Of a stretch of DNA of 64,000 nt, positions 36,845 to 46,845 are shown piece by piece. Origin of the DNA: Candidatus Obscuribacteraceae bacterium. GTDB taxonomy: Bacteria > Cyanobacteriota > Vampirovibrionia > Obscuribacterales > Obscuribacteraceae. Position numbers and translations under genes: made by a program. The stretch covers positions 192,001 through 256,000 of the forward strand of contig JBGAHS010000011.1 in the NCBI GenBank assembly GCA_044226015.1. Reading direction: 5' to 3'. The number at the start of each line of letters is the position of its first letter. The stretch's first letter is position 1. The notes under the pieces are model-generated. The model was given only the letters and a program-made list of their open reading frames with translations. It made no database searches and was not told where the DNA came from.

Positions 36845-37680
36845 ATCTCTCGTTTGAACTGAATCCGTACTTTCTTGCATATTACACGATCGCGAATTCC
36901 AGCTCATCACGATTTATCAGCGGAATGGCAAACCCAGATGTGGTGGCATTCCAGAATAGAGCATGGTCAATTAATAAAGAAAGCTATAAGCTGACGAGGG
37001 AAGTTAACTTCTTTCCTTTACTTACGAAAAAAGTCTTCGAACAGGGTGAATTGCAAAAGCAGCTTCTAGTCGCAGATTCATTTCTGAAAGAGATCATGAA
37101 AGACAGTACTTTTGAGGTGATAGTGCGCCAGACAAACACAGCGCTGGTTTCACTTCGTCATAAATGGGAAGCACAACTCTTCAAATCAGCTGCTGCCCTA
37201 ACACTCATCACACGACTAGAAGACCCTACGAAGGAAGTGAACGCCAGCAAGGCATTTGTAATTCATCCCTCGCAACGTCCTTCAAATAAACCGAATCAAA
37301 AACTCATCTGCACCATAAGCGGTACCACAGACGAAACGCTATTTGAACTATGGTTCTACCTGTTGATGCGAATCATTCCAGTCTCGCATAAAGGAGATGG
37401 AATGGAGAAGGATCGAGTTTGGGTAAAGGGATTAGTTTGCAGATTTGTAGTGGCTGAGCTTCGAGCAATTCTTAGCAAGACTTCTTATCCACCATTCGTT
37501 TCTATACAAAACGATGAGGATTGGGACTACGCACTGAAAGAACTCACAGAACTCTTGCCTCTATGGAAAGACTATCTGGCTTGCAAGAGTGACTGGAAAA
37601 CCAAGAATATAAATGATTTCACAGACGAACTGACCATAGAGCGTTTGGGCTATTACAAAAAGCGCAAAGAACAAAGCTAA
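36841..37680 (+). CDS. Paralog of the upstream protein lacking HExxH
   Basis: 4-nt GTGA overlap; shared blocks HPxQR, ELR..YPPF and LL..W..YL..NI..F. Confidence 0.65.
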   Translation: MNLSFELNPYFLAYYTIANSSSSRFISGMANPDVVAFQNRAWSINKESYKLTREVNFFPLLTKKVFEQGELQKQLLVADSFLKEIMKDSTFEVIVRQTNTALVSLRHKWEAQLFKSAAALTLITRLEDPTKEVNASKAFVIHPSQRPSNKPNQKLICTISGTTDETLFELWFYLLMRIIPVSHKGDGMEKDRVWVKGLVCRFVVAELRAILSKTSYPPFVSIQNDEDWDYALKELTELLPLWKDYLACKSDWKTKNINDFTDELTIERLGYYKKRKEQS

Positions 37681-37773
37681 GGCGTCGTTTACAGTGATAA
37701 AATAGACATCTAGCGGACGGTCGATAGTCAGCTCGACGCCGTGACTGTACTGTTGAAAACCAGAGGTTAGCTA

Positions 37774-39390
37774 ATGAAATCGAGAAAGTCTTCCTTAGCC
37801 GGAGTGATAACCTCTTCCCTCGTATGCCTTAGCGCAAGTTTTTCTCCAGTGCTAGCTGAGGCGGGTGGTGAATCATCATGGCAATCCGCGTTTTCTGAAG
37901 GGCTCAGCTCTATGGCCGCCCAACGCCCTGATATGGCTGAACAACATTTCAGGACCGCATTTAAGCTTGTAAAAGAGCAGTCAAAGAGCACAGAAGAGTG
38001 TGACAAGTGCGAACTTAAGCTTGCAGAGTCTCTGACGCTCAGAAACAAAACAGCCGAAGCACAACAACTTTACCTGCATTTGCTTGATTCTCGAACTCAA
38101 CGCTATGGCTCAAACAGCAAGAACTTAACCCCAATTCTTTTTGCGTTGGGGTCAATTCAGGAAGCTGAAGGCGACCACGATGCTGCCATGGGATACTACC
38201 AGCGAGCTTTGAAGATCAACGAAAAGAACTTCGGTCCCTACAGCCCTGCAGTAGCAGACAACTTGCACAAGATGGCACGGGTTAGCCAACACGCGGGCAA
38301 GAGAGAGGACTCAACCAAGCATTACAAGCGGGCGCTATCGATCTTGTTGAATGACCCTGCACTTCAATCGAGCGACCAAATGGAACGCTTGATGCATGAC
38401 TATTCGGATCTCATCAAAGGAAACGACAATTCCAATGAAGACCTGCTCAAGGACTTCAAGGCAGATATCTATAGTAGAAGTCAGTCAGATACTGGTTCTT
38501 CTGATACCACAGGCAATGCCAGCAATTCTGAGAATAAAGATGGCTGGAAGAAAGTGGGCAGCACAGAAAGCTCCATTTCAAGCCTACCGCGAATCTCTAG
38601 CGAGCCGACAACCCAAGCAGCTGCGACACAGCCTACTGCCGGAAATAAGCAATCAAATTTCAATCAGCAGGTACTGGTAAACACGACTCAAATTAAAGCT
38701 ACCCAGATTGATGAAGACCCTTCAGTGAAACTTCGAGGAATTGAAAAGCCGACGAGTGATCAAGCTCTGAATCCTGCTTATTCAGTCATTAACAACTCCC
38801 TTTTCAATCAGTCTCATTACAAGCGTGGAGTTGATTACTACGAGCGGATGATTGCTTCTGACATTGATTCTCTGGGTCCAAATCATCCATCAGTCGCAAA
38901 CGACCTTACCGGGTTGGCCCAACTATATATTGCGCAAGGAAGGTATAGTGAAGCTGAGCAACTTTTGAATCGCGCTGTGCCCATCTACCAAAAGGCATAT
39001 GGCGACTCAAATGTTCTAACAATAAATGCAATGACAGCACTTGCAACAGCGGAATTTCAGTTGGGCAAGACAGACCGAGCCAATGAGCTTTACCGGAAAA
39101 CGTTGGCAATTGCACAAGCGACGTTAGGACCAAATTCACTTGAAGTCGCACGAATTCTGAATGAACTTGCCTATTTGAATTACCAACAAGGAAAGCTAAG
39201 AGACGCAAAAACAATGTATGAATGGGCTGTTTCTAGCACACAAGCAGCTGCTGGAGAAAACAGTCCTCTATTTGCAGCATGTCTCAAAGACTATGCTCAG
39301 GTGCTTCGCGGCATGGGCGACCTCGCGCAGGCAACGAATGCGGAGAATAGGGCAGAGAAAATACTGTCCGCAAATTCCAAAACTAATTAA
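37774..39390 (+). CDS. Exported TPR protein (kinesin-light-chain-type repeats)
   Basis: Signal peptide ending VLA; repeats FGPYSPAVADNL, LGPNHPSVANDL and LGPNSLEVARIL. Confidence 0.85.
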   Translation: MKSRKSSLAGVITSSLVCLSASFSPVLAEAGGESSWQSAFSEGLSSMAAQRPDMAEQHFRTAFKLVKEQSKSTEECDKCELKLAESLTLRNKTAEAQQLYLHLLDSRTQRYGSNSKNLTPILFALGSIQEAEGDHDAAMGYYQRALKINEKNFGPYSPAVADNLHKMARVSQHAGKREDSTKHYKRALSILLNDPALQSSDQMERLMHDYSDLIKGNDNSNEDLLKDFKADIYSRSQSDTGSSDTTGNASNSENKDGWKKVGSTESSISSLPRISSEPTTQAAATQPTAGNKQSNFNQQVLVNTTQIKATQIDEDPSVKLRGIEKPTSDQALNPAYSVINNSLFNQSHYKRGVDYYERMIASDIDSLGPNHPSVANDLTGLAQLYIAQGRYSEAEQLLNRAVPIYQKAYGDSNVLTINAMTALATAEFQLGKTDRANELYRKTLAIAQATLGPNSLEVARILNELAYLNYQQGKLRDAKTMYEWAVSSTQAAAGENSPLFAACLKDYAQVLRGMGDLAQATNAENRAEKILSANSKTN

Positions 39391-39419
39391 TTAACGCAGC
39401 TGGTGATTCAATTCCATTT

Positions 39420-39560
39420 GGATCACTATGGATCCGTTGGATCACCATGGACCCGCAGGCTCACTATGGATCCGTTGGATCACCATGGACCCGCAGGCTC
39501 CGCTGGAGTTCGTTGTCCCGTCGGATCACTATGGATCCGCTGGATTGCCATGGCTTCATT
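39420..39560. repeat. 19-bp GGATC-rich tandem repeat, about 6 units, arranged as 38-bp dimers
   Basis: GGATCACTATGGATCCGTT alternates with GGATCACCATGGACCCGCA between convergent genes. Confidence 0.85.
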
Positions 39561-39624
39561 TAAGCACCCTGGATCAGGTGAAACACTTCCGCGCAAATAA
39601 TGGATGCGTCACTTTATCGCAAAA

Positions 39625-41142
39625 TTAACGAGGGCTGCCCTGCTCGGGTAATGCGCCAGAAGATGAAGGAGCCGTGCTTTCAGATCCCGTGCTAGCTCCC
39701 GAATCAGTCGGCACTACAGGTAGTGCCGACTGATTACCAGAATTAGCCGGTGTAATGGAACCAGAAGGCTGATTTGCATCAGATGGTGGATTTGCTTCAG
39801 CCGGCGGATTAGACCCAGCATCAGCAGAAGGTGGGGTTTGAATTACTGGTGTTACTTTCGATTGATTCTCCAGTTCTTCGCTTCCATTCAAAGCTACAAT
39901 GTCGCCAGCTTGCACGTTGCCGAAGATTTCAACCCGGTCGCGCATAATTTGCCCCTGCCTGACAGGCACCCAATCAACAATACCGTTTTTGATTTTGCAA
40001 ACAAATGTCTTCAGTGGAGTAGACACAACGCAAGAGAGTGGCACGAACAACGAAGCTTCCTGCCTGCGTGTCGGCCAATAAACCTGACAAAACATTCCGG
40101 GAAGTATTTCGTATTTTGGATTGAAGTAGTTCAACTCAACCGGCATGGTTCGAGTAGCCTTGTCCAAATTGTTAGCGATACGTGCAATCGTGCCAACAAA
40201 CTTTCGACCTGGGAAAGAAGACACAGAGAAGTTAACCTTTGACCCAATCAATACCCCAGCAGTGTCTATTTCAGGAACTGGAGCAATGATACGCAAGAGG
40301 TCTAACTGCTTGACTCTGCAAATGGGAGGATAGGCGCCGGTTCCATCGGGACCAACGAAACTTCCTACGTGCATTCTTCTTTCGGTCACGTAGCCGTCAA
40401 ATGGAGCACGAATTTCAAGGTAAGAGGCAAAATCCGCAAAACTTTGGAAGCCTCGAATCTCAGCATCAACTTCTTCTCTGCGCATAGAAACTTCGTGATC
40501 TTTTGCATTCACTCGTTTAATCGCAGTATTTACATCTTGCCTGTCAGCTTCTACCGACTGAGCCCATTGCACCACATCATTATCTGCCACTACTCCCGGT
40601 ACCAATGATGCAGCATAAACGCGCTGATATGTGGACTGGTCTGCCAATAGATTTGCCTGACGCTTTTTCAGGTCGGCCTTGAGATCCTGCAATTTTGATT
40701 CCTCAGCTGCAAGATTTGCTTTCGCGGCGGCAACTCTAGCCAGAGCCTCATTTCGCCTGGCTAAGTACTCAGGCGCATACATTGTCGCCATGAGCTGACC
40801 CTTTTTCACCACAGAGCCGCGGTCTATATCAATCGATTTGACGAAGCCCGGAACCTTTGGGTACATCAAAACATCCTGATACGCATCGATTTCACCAGGA
40901 AGTTGATCTTCTCTGAACAATATTCTTGACTCGATAGCGACTGCAGGAACTGAAAGCGGCGCTGCTTGTGTAATGACAGGCTCTTCTTTTGACTTGTGCC
41001 AGTTCTGGTAAAGGAAGTAAAAACCGGCGCCCGCTGCTGCAAGGACAAGAACAACAATAATCAGATTCTTTATATCCCACACAGAACCCGTGCGTTGCGG
41101 ACGCGCGGTAGATGGATGCTGGTTGTTTTCTGTCTCGCTCAT
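39625..41142 (-). CDS. RND efflux periplasmic adaptor (MFP)
   Basis: TM anchor, KVPGFV..DRGSVVKKGQ, coiled coil, IRAPFDGYV, TRTMPVE, ILPGMF. Confidence 0.92.
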   Translation of the reverse strand: MSETENNQHPSTARPQRTGSVWDIKNLIIVVLVLAAAGAGFYFLYQNWHKSKEEPVITQAAPLSVPAVAIESRILFREDQLPGEIDAYQDVLMYPKVPGFVKSIDIDRGSVVKKGQLMATMYAPEYLARRNEALARVAAAKANLAAEESKLQDLKADLKKRQANLLADQSTYQRVYAASLVPGVVADNDVVQWAQSVEADRQDVNTAIKRVNAKDHEVSMRREEVDAEIRGFQSFADFASYLEIRAPFDGYVTERRMHVGSFVGPDGTGAYPPICRVKQLDLLRIIAPVPEIDTAGVLIGSKVNFSVSSFPGRKFVGTIARIANNLDKATRTMPVELNYFNPKYEILPGMFCQVYWPTRRQEASLFVPLSCVVSTPLKTFVCKIKNGIVDWVPVRQGQIMRDRVEIFGNVQAGDIVALNGSEELENQSKVTPVIQTPPSADAGSNPPAEANPPSDANQPSGSITPANSGNQSALPVVPTDSGASTGSESTAPSSSGALPEQGSPR

Positions 41143-44100
41143 TTTATCGTCTCGTTATTGTCTTCATCAGGTAGAAGTGATCGTGTTCCAACTGGTGCAT
41201 TGTTCTGAACAATCATAAAGACCAGCGGTAGAAGGGTTAAAACTGACAGGGTGGACATGCTTAAGCCACCAATTACTGCACGCCCCAGAGACGCGCTTTG
41301 TCCACCGGAAAGAGCCATTGGTACCATACCTGCGATCATCGCGATGGAGGTCATCAAGATCGGTCTCATGCGTGCTTGTGCTCCATGAATGGCAGCTTCC
41401 TCAGCCGTCATTCCTTTACCTCTATTTTCCTCAGCAAATACCACCATCAAAATAGCATTTGCGATTCCCACACCAATAGACATGATTGCGCCCATGAATG
41501 ATTGGACATTTACAGTGGTGCCAGTAAGCGTCAGCATCGTCAAAACACCCAGCAAAATAGCAGGTGTCGTTGACATAACAATCAAAACAACCCTGGCTGC
41601 CTGGAAGTAAGCTAGCAACATCAAGGTAATAACCACAACAGCCAGAAGCAAGCCCGTCAAAAGATGGAAAAGTGTGTCCTCAAGCAAAGGCACCTGCCCG
41701 TGCACTTTTACAAACACACCTGCAGGCGGAGTGCCGGCACGCTTGACCGCATCCTTGACAAGCTCGCCAACTTTACCCAGGTCATGCCCACTGAGGTTAG
41801 CAGTGAGCGACACCATACGCATCATGTTGTAGCGATCGTACTCACCCTCGGTGGTGCCATAATTCACCTTTGCTACATCACCTATTAATGGATGCTGCAT
41901 TCGGCGAGTGTGACTTCCGAAATACGACTCATCCACTTTTTCATCTTTGAATGGCTCTTCCTCCCTCATCTGCTCAGCCTTCAGGCTAGCCATGGTGGGG
42001 AATGTTTCAATATCGCTCTTAGAATTGATCTGGTCTTGCGGAACCTGAACCTGCACCTGATAGGAGAACCCACTGTTTGGGTCGCGCCATAAGCTTAGAT
42101 TTACGAAACGGCTTGAGAAGAATGCGGGTTGAAGTGACATACCAACATCTTTAGGCGTAACACCAAGCTGCCCGGCCAATTCGCGATCTATATCTATATC
42201 GCAGGTCGGATAATCTAAAGGCTGACCCCATTGCAAATCTCGCAGAACGGAAATCTTGCCCATTTCTTTGAGAATTTTTCGGGCGAAAGCTTTGTCTGCG
42301 GTTAAGTCTGGTCCAGTGATTTGAACGCTGATTGGCGTAGGCGAACCAAGGTTCATAATCTGGCTCACAAGGTCGCCAGGCTCAAACGAAAATCTGGTGT
42401 CAGGCACAGCCTTGCTCAAGCGATCTCGCAACTTGTCTTTCAAACCAGCGACATCAATCTTAGCCTCTTCCTTGAGCTGCACATCTAGAACAGCTTGATG
42501 AGGTCCTGCCGTCCAGAGGAAAGCTGATGAAATGGGGAACATTGGTGGCTGCTGCCCGGCATAGCCCAGAGTCTTGTCTACATTCTCTGCACCGACCTCA
42601 GCTTTAATAGCATCTATTGTTTTGAGAACGCGCTGCTCAAGAGCCTCCACTCTCATTCCAGTTGGCGCTGAAATACGCATACGGAACTGATTACTGGCAG
42701 CTTCTGGAAAGAGCTCTTTGCCTATAGTCATGTACAGCACAGTGACAGCAGTAATCGCTACAACTAGATAAAGAGGAATAATGACGAAACGAATGGGTGC
42801 CATCACATTGATAAGCCAACCCAGACCGTCTTTTAGAACATCAACGAAATCACGTCCATGCTCTTTGTGCCCTGGTTTCAGAATCCAAACGGAGAGAATC
42901 GGTGTCAAAGTCGATGCCAGAGTGGTCGACGCTATCATTGCGAAACCCACGGCGAGCGAAAGAGGAATGAACAGCTCTTTGGTGATTCCAACCATGAAAA
43001 ACGATGGCACGAACACAGCTACAACAGACAACATCGCAAGCAGTCGTGGCACCATTGTCTCGACGCAGGCATCGAATACTGCACGTTTGAGTTCGTCCCC
43101 CTCAGAGAGGTGGCTATGAATGTTCTCAATACACACAGTCGCCTCATCCACCAGAATGCCGATAGCAAGGGCTAATCCACTCAGAGTCTGAATGTTGAAG
43201 GTCTGTCCACACATCCACAAACCGACAATAGCTGCAAGCAGTGAAAGCGGAATGGATGCCACCACGATGAGCGTACTGCGGAAGTCACGAAGGAATAAGA
43301 GAATCATCAGTCCAGGCAAAATGGTTCCCAGCAAACCTTCATGAAACACATCATTAATTGCTTCGCGAACGTACTTCGACTGGTCGAATTCATAACTGAT
43401 GATTACGTCTTTGGGTAAGACAGCCTGCATTCTAGGCAAAGCGGCACGCAAGGCATCAACGACAGATACCGTGGATGCATCGGCGCGCTTCACTGCTGGC
43501 AAGTAGACTGTGCGCCTTCCCTGATACATCGCATAACCGGCAAGAATGTCGGAAGAATCTTGAACCTTACCAATGTCCTTGATGAATATTTGGGGACCGT
43601 GACCGGTGCGCACAGGAAGATAGTCGAGTTGATGAATATCGGGCAAATCACTGTTTACAGGCGCAATGCGCAAGTAATCGCCGGTACGAACGTTCCCAGC
43701 CGGAAGCACCTTATTTCCCGCTTCCAGCGTTTTGATGATTTCGTCGCCGGAGATGTTGTATTGACGCATTTTATCTGCGTCGACACTAACAACTATTGTA
43801 CGTATGTTTCCGCCGAACGGTGGTGGAGCTTCAGCACCAGGAACGGTGGCAAGCATCGGTCGAATACGAGTATAGGCAAGGTCTTCAAGTTCTTTCACAT
43901 CCTTTGTCTGTGATGACAATACAAGCTGCCCTACAGGCAAACTTCCTGCGTCAAATCTCAAAACGAAGGGATTGTAAGTACCATGCGGCATCAAACTTGT
44001 AGCACGGTTAGCCATCGCGACAATAGCTGCCATCGCGCTGGACATATCAGTGTCAGGCTGAAAGAAGACTTTTATCAGAGCAACGTTTTGAATCGACTGC

Positions 44101-44345
44101 GATTCCATGTGCTCGATACCCGGAACATACAAGAAGAAAAGCTCGTAGGTGGAAGTGATGTAACCTTCCATCTGCTCCGGTGACATGCCACCATAGCCCT
44201 CGATAACGTAGATGGCAGGAATCTTCAAATCAGGGAAGATGTCTTGCTTCATGCTTGTGATAGCAAGCACTGAAATGAGGATCATGCTAAGAATCGCCGA
44301 TACTATGGTGATCGGTCGTTTCATTGCTGCTGCAATAATCCACAT
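41139..44345 (-). CDS. RND efflux permease (AcrB/CzcA family)
   Basis: DIFPDL, GILVDEATVCIENI, RMRPILMTS; 1068 aa. Confidence 0.95.
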   Translation of the reverse strand: MWIIAAAMKRPITIVSAILSMILISVLAITSMKQDIFPDLKIPAIYVIEGYGGMSPEQMEGYITSTYELFFLYVPGIEHMESQSIQNVALIKVFFQPDTDMSSAMAAIVAMANRATSLMPHGTYNPFVLRFDAGSLPVGQLVLSSQTKDVKELEDLAYTRIRPMLATVPGAEAPPPFGGNIRTIVVSVDADKMRQYNISGDEIIKTLEAGNKVLPAGNVRTGDYLRIAPVNSDLPDIHQLDYLPVRTGHGPQIFIKDIGKVQDSSDILAGYAMYQGRRTVYLPAVKRADASTVSVVDALRAALPRMQAVLPKDVIISYEFDQSKYVREAINDVFHEGLLGTILPGLMILLFLRDFRSTLIVVASIPLSLLAAIVGLWMCGQTFNIQTLSGLALAIGILVDEATVCIENIHSHLSEGDELKRAVFDACVETMVPRLLAMLSVVAVFVPSFFMVGITKELFIPLSLAVGFAMIASTTLASTLTPILSVWILKPGHKEHGRDFVDVLKDGLGWLINVMAPIRFVIIPLYLVVAITAVTVLYMTIGKELFPEAASNQFRMRISAPTGMRVEALEQRVLKTIDAIKAEVGAENVDKTLGYAGQQPPMFPISSAFLWTAGPHQAVLDVQLKEEAKIDVAGLKDKLRDRLSKAVPDTRFSFEPGDLVSQIMNLGSPTPISVQITGPDLTADKAFARKILKEMGKISVLRDLQWGQPLDYPTCDIDIDRELAGQLGVTPKDVGMSLQPAFFSSRFVNLSLWRDPNSGFSYQVQVQVPQDQINSKSDIETFPTMASLKAEQMREEEPFKDEKVDESYFGSHTRRMQHPLIGDVAKVNYGTTEGEYDRYNMMRMVSLTANLSGHDLGKVGELVKDAVKRAGTPPAGVFVKVHGQVPLLEDTLFHLLTGLLLAVVVITLMLLAYFQAARVVLIVMSTTPAILLGVLTMLTLTGTTVNVQSFMGAIMSIGVGIANAILMVVFAEENRGKGMTAEEAAIHGAQARMRPILMTSIAMIAGMVPMALSGGQSASLGRAVIGGLSMSTLSVLTLLPLVFMIVQNNAPVGTRSLLPDEDNNETIK

Positions 44346-44357
44346 GAGCCTTTGCCT

Positions 44358-45821
44358 CTATCGAGCCGGTGTTGTGCCCTGAACTAAACTTACTAGCTGC
44401 AAAAATGGCTGCAGGTCACCTTGGACATAAGCAAGCTGAAGTATCGCTCGCCAGACCTCAATCTGAGCGACTGCATCTTCAACCTGGGCAGACGCTAATG
44501 CTTTTTCAGCGTCTGCCAGTGACACCATATTTGTCAAACCAGTACTGTATCGTTTCAGCACTTTGATTTCGCGAACCCTCGCAGCTTCGACCAATGCTGG
44601 AGTTTCATCCGCTACCTTTTTTGCCTGTTGCAACAAAATTCTTGCGCGTGCATCCTTCTTTTCGAGTATTTGCATCGCTAAATCAAAATCAGCTTTCGCC
44701 GCCAGTTCATTGCTATGCGCAATCGTCTTCTGCGCCTTTAGCGGGAAATATTCCATGAATGGAAAACTGTAAGAAACACCAACCATGTAGTTGAAGACCT
44801 GTGGCAGTGTTCCAGCACCGACTCTACCTATGGTGTTAACCGGGTCATTGCTTCCTTTGCCCCAGAGCGAAGCGTTGAGCCAGAGGTGAGGTCGATAAGC
44901 TTTGTCTAGAACAATTTCCTTTGCTCGCCAGCGGGTAATTTCCGCTGTTTTCAAAAGCGCCAGGGGATGCGAACTTAAATCCATTGCGCGATCGGGAATT
45001 GAGATCGCCGGGCGACGATTTACAGGGTCTGAGACTATGTCTATGTCAGCGACAGCCGTGCCCATTTTCTCTGCAAGCGCTACCAGGGCAAGGCGGCGAT
45101 CCTTTTCTGCTTTGATCAAACTAATGCGCGCTTTGGCGACTTCGTAGTTCCAATCAGCGGCATCAACACCAGGTCTCAAACCTTCTGAAACCAGAGTTTT
45201 AGCTCTAAGATTCGCAGCTTCCATATGGTCTAGCTCAGCTTGAGCTGCGATGATAATTTGTTTCATTTCTGCAGCGTCAAGAAATGCGCTAGCTGCGTCG
45301 AAAGCCACATCTAATTTCGTCAGGTTAACATCAGCGCGCGCAGCCCGAGCGTCAGCGTAAGCCGCATTGTCATTAGCATGACGTAAACCCTGATCGATTA
45401 GCAACCAGTTGAAGTTAAGACCCTGCAAATTATTGACGAGTGGTTTCAAACTTTGAAACTTCGACGGCGGACCAGAATCAACCGGGACGGTATCAAAGCC
45501 GGAGACATTATTCATGACAACGCTGGCGATTCTGTTGCCAGTAATTCCAGATTCCTGAATGTCCACATTCAGGTTAGGCAAATATTGTGTCTTCGCCAGG
45601 GTAACGCCGCCCTTTGCGGCTCGCAACTTAAATTGTTTTTGCGCAATTGTAGGGTAGTTTCTTAAGGCTACATCTACGGCTTCTTTAAGTGTGACGGCAC
45701 GAGTTGGCGCTTGCTTCTCGAATTGATAGTCGATAACACCCATCTCACGCCCTGCTGCATATACAGAAAGAGGCTGAAACAGGCAAACCAGCAATAGTAA
45801 GAGAAACAGATTCCTGAACAT
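44358..45821 (-). CDS. TolC-family outer membrane factor
   Basis: Signal peptide from ATG 45821, TLKEAVDVALRNYP, RYSTGLTN; first gene of the efflux operon. Confidence 0.9.
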   Translation of the reverse strand: MFRNLFLLLLLVCLFQPLSVYAAGREMGVIDYQFEKQAPTRAVTLKEAVDVALRNYPTIAQKQFKLRAAKGGVTLAKTQYLPNLNVDIQESGITGNRIASVVMNNVSGFDTVPVDSGPPSKFQSLKPLVNNLQGLNFNWLLIDQGLRHANDNAAYADARAARADVNLTKLDVAFDAASAFLDAAEMKQIIIAAQAELDHMEAANLRAKTLVSEGLRPGVDAADWNYEVAKARISLIKAEKDRRLALVALAEKMGTAVADIDIVSDPVNRRPAISIPDRAMDLSSHPLALLKTAEITRWRAKEIVLDKAYRPHLWLNASLWGKGSNDPVNTIGRVGAGTLPQVFNYMVGVSYSFPFMEYFPLKAQKTIAHSNELAAKADFDLAMQILEKKDARARILLQQAKKVADETPALVEAARVREIKVLKRYSTGLTNMVSLADAEKALASAQVEDAVAQIEVWRAILQLAYVQGDLQPFLQLVSLVQGTTPAR

Positions 45822-46009
45822 GAAGAGCAGAGCGCGAACCTCAAATTGAACAAACTGGCGAACCCAAACAAAAATGTTCGAATGACGCCATTGCATCGAG
45901 CTGATATTTTACTCGACTTGGCATTTCGTTCCGTGAGGCGCAACAAATGTTCAGAGACTACTTACAACCTCTCTACTGCTTGTGTTTCTCCTTGTAGTAC
46001 AATCAGTTC

Positions 46010-46744
46010 ATGTCGACAAATGCGAAAACCGCCGTTTTCTATGTCCTGCTGTGCGCTTTGATCAGCTCAGCTCCTGCATTTGCAGATCCATTTGCATTCG
46101 ATGATGATGCAGATGACCCTGTTTCATTTCGCGCAACAATTAATCGCATTCGCGACGCCGAAATAAAATACAAAAGAGAAGTGAAGCGTCGAGAAGAAGA
46201 CGAGCGAAGGCGCGAGGAAGAAGAGCGCGAGCGCGAAGCTGCAGCTGCTGACAAAGGCAGAACCGACGCGCCCGGGGACAAGCCCGATTTTTCAGATCAC
46301 GATGATGATCTAACCGAGAAAAAGAGACTTGGTGACATTGACACGAGTTCGCAGTTCAACAAATCAGATTTTTCCGACACCGATTTCAGCAAGAGGGCAT
46401 TTAGCAGTCTCGACAAAGCCATGCGAAAACCTGATGACGATTTTTTGCGTGACATGGATAAAATCAAAAACGATGATGGTGACAATGACGACAGCATTCC
46501 GGAAGACGCTGGTCTGAATGACTACACGGCTCGAAAAGATGCAAAAAATGCCAAGGAGCGCAGAGAATTGGCTGAGCTCATGTACATGGAGTACCCCTTA
46601 CCGGGCGATTGGTTGCCGTCGAAACTTGACCCCTTGAATAATGGTGGTTTCACAATCTCTGATGATAACGGTTCACCAGTGCCTTACAAATTGAACGGGC
46701 ACGTTGACCTTCAGCGTGCACCCGCCTGGAAATCCGCTGAGTAG
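46010..46744 (+). CDS. Exported, highly charged (D/E/R/K) hypothetical protein
   Basis: Signal peptide ending APAFA; E/R-rich helix; Asp-rich body. Confidence 0.7.
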   Translation: MSTNAKTAVFYVLLCALISSAPAFADPFAFDDDADDPVSFRATINRIRDAEIKYKREVKRREEDERRREEEEREREAAAADKGRTDAPGDKPDFSDHDDDLTEKKRLGDIDTSSQFNKSDFSDTDFSKRAFSSLDKAMRKPDDDFLRDMDKIKNDDGDNDDSIPEDAGLNDYTARKDAKNAKERRELAELMYMEYPLPGDWLPSKLDPLNNGGFTISDDNGSPVPYKLNGHVDLQRAPAWKSAE

Positions 46745-46845
46745 TTCCTTCAACAGCTCGCCAGAGTGTCTCGTTGTCCGCTGAGATTTCTCAAAAGCTG
46801 GAAGTTTTTTTTTCTAAACACTCGGCGGGAAACAGACGCTTCCGC

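Noticed and set aside
39403..39628. Two short ORFs over the 19-bp array
   Set aside because: Unit length is not a multiple of three; these look like repeat-derived artefacts.
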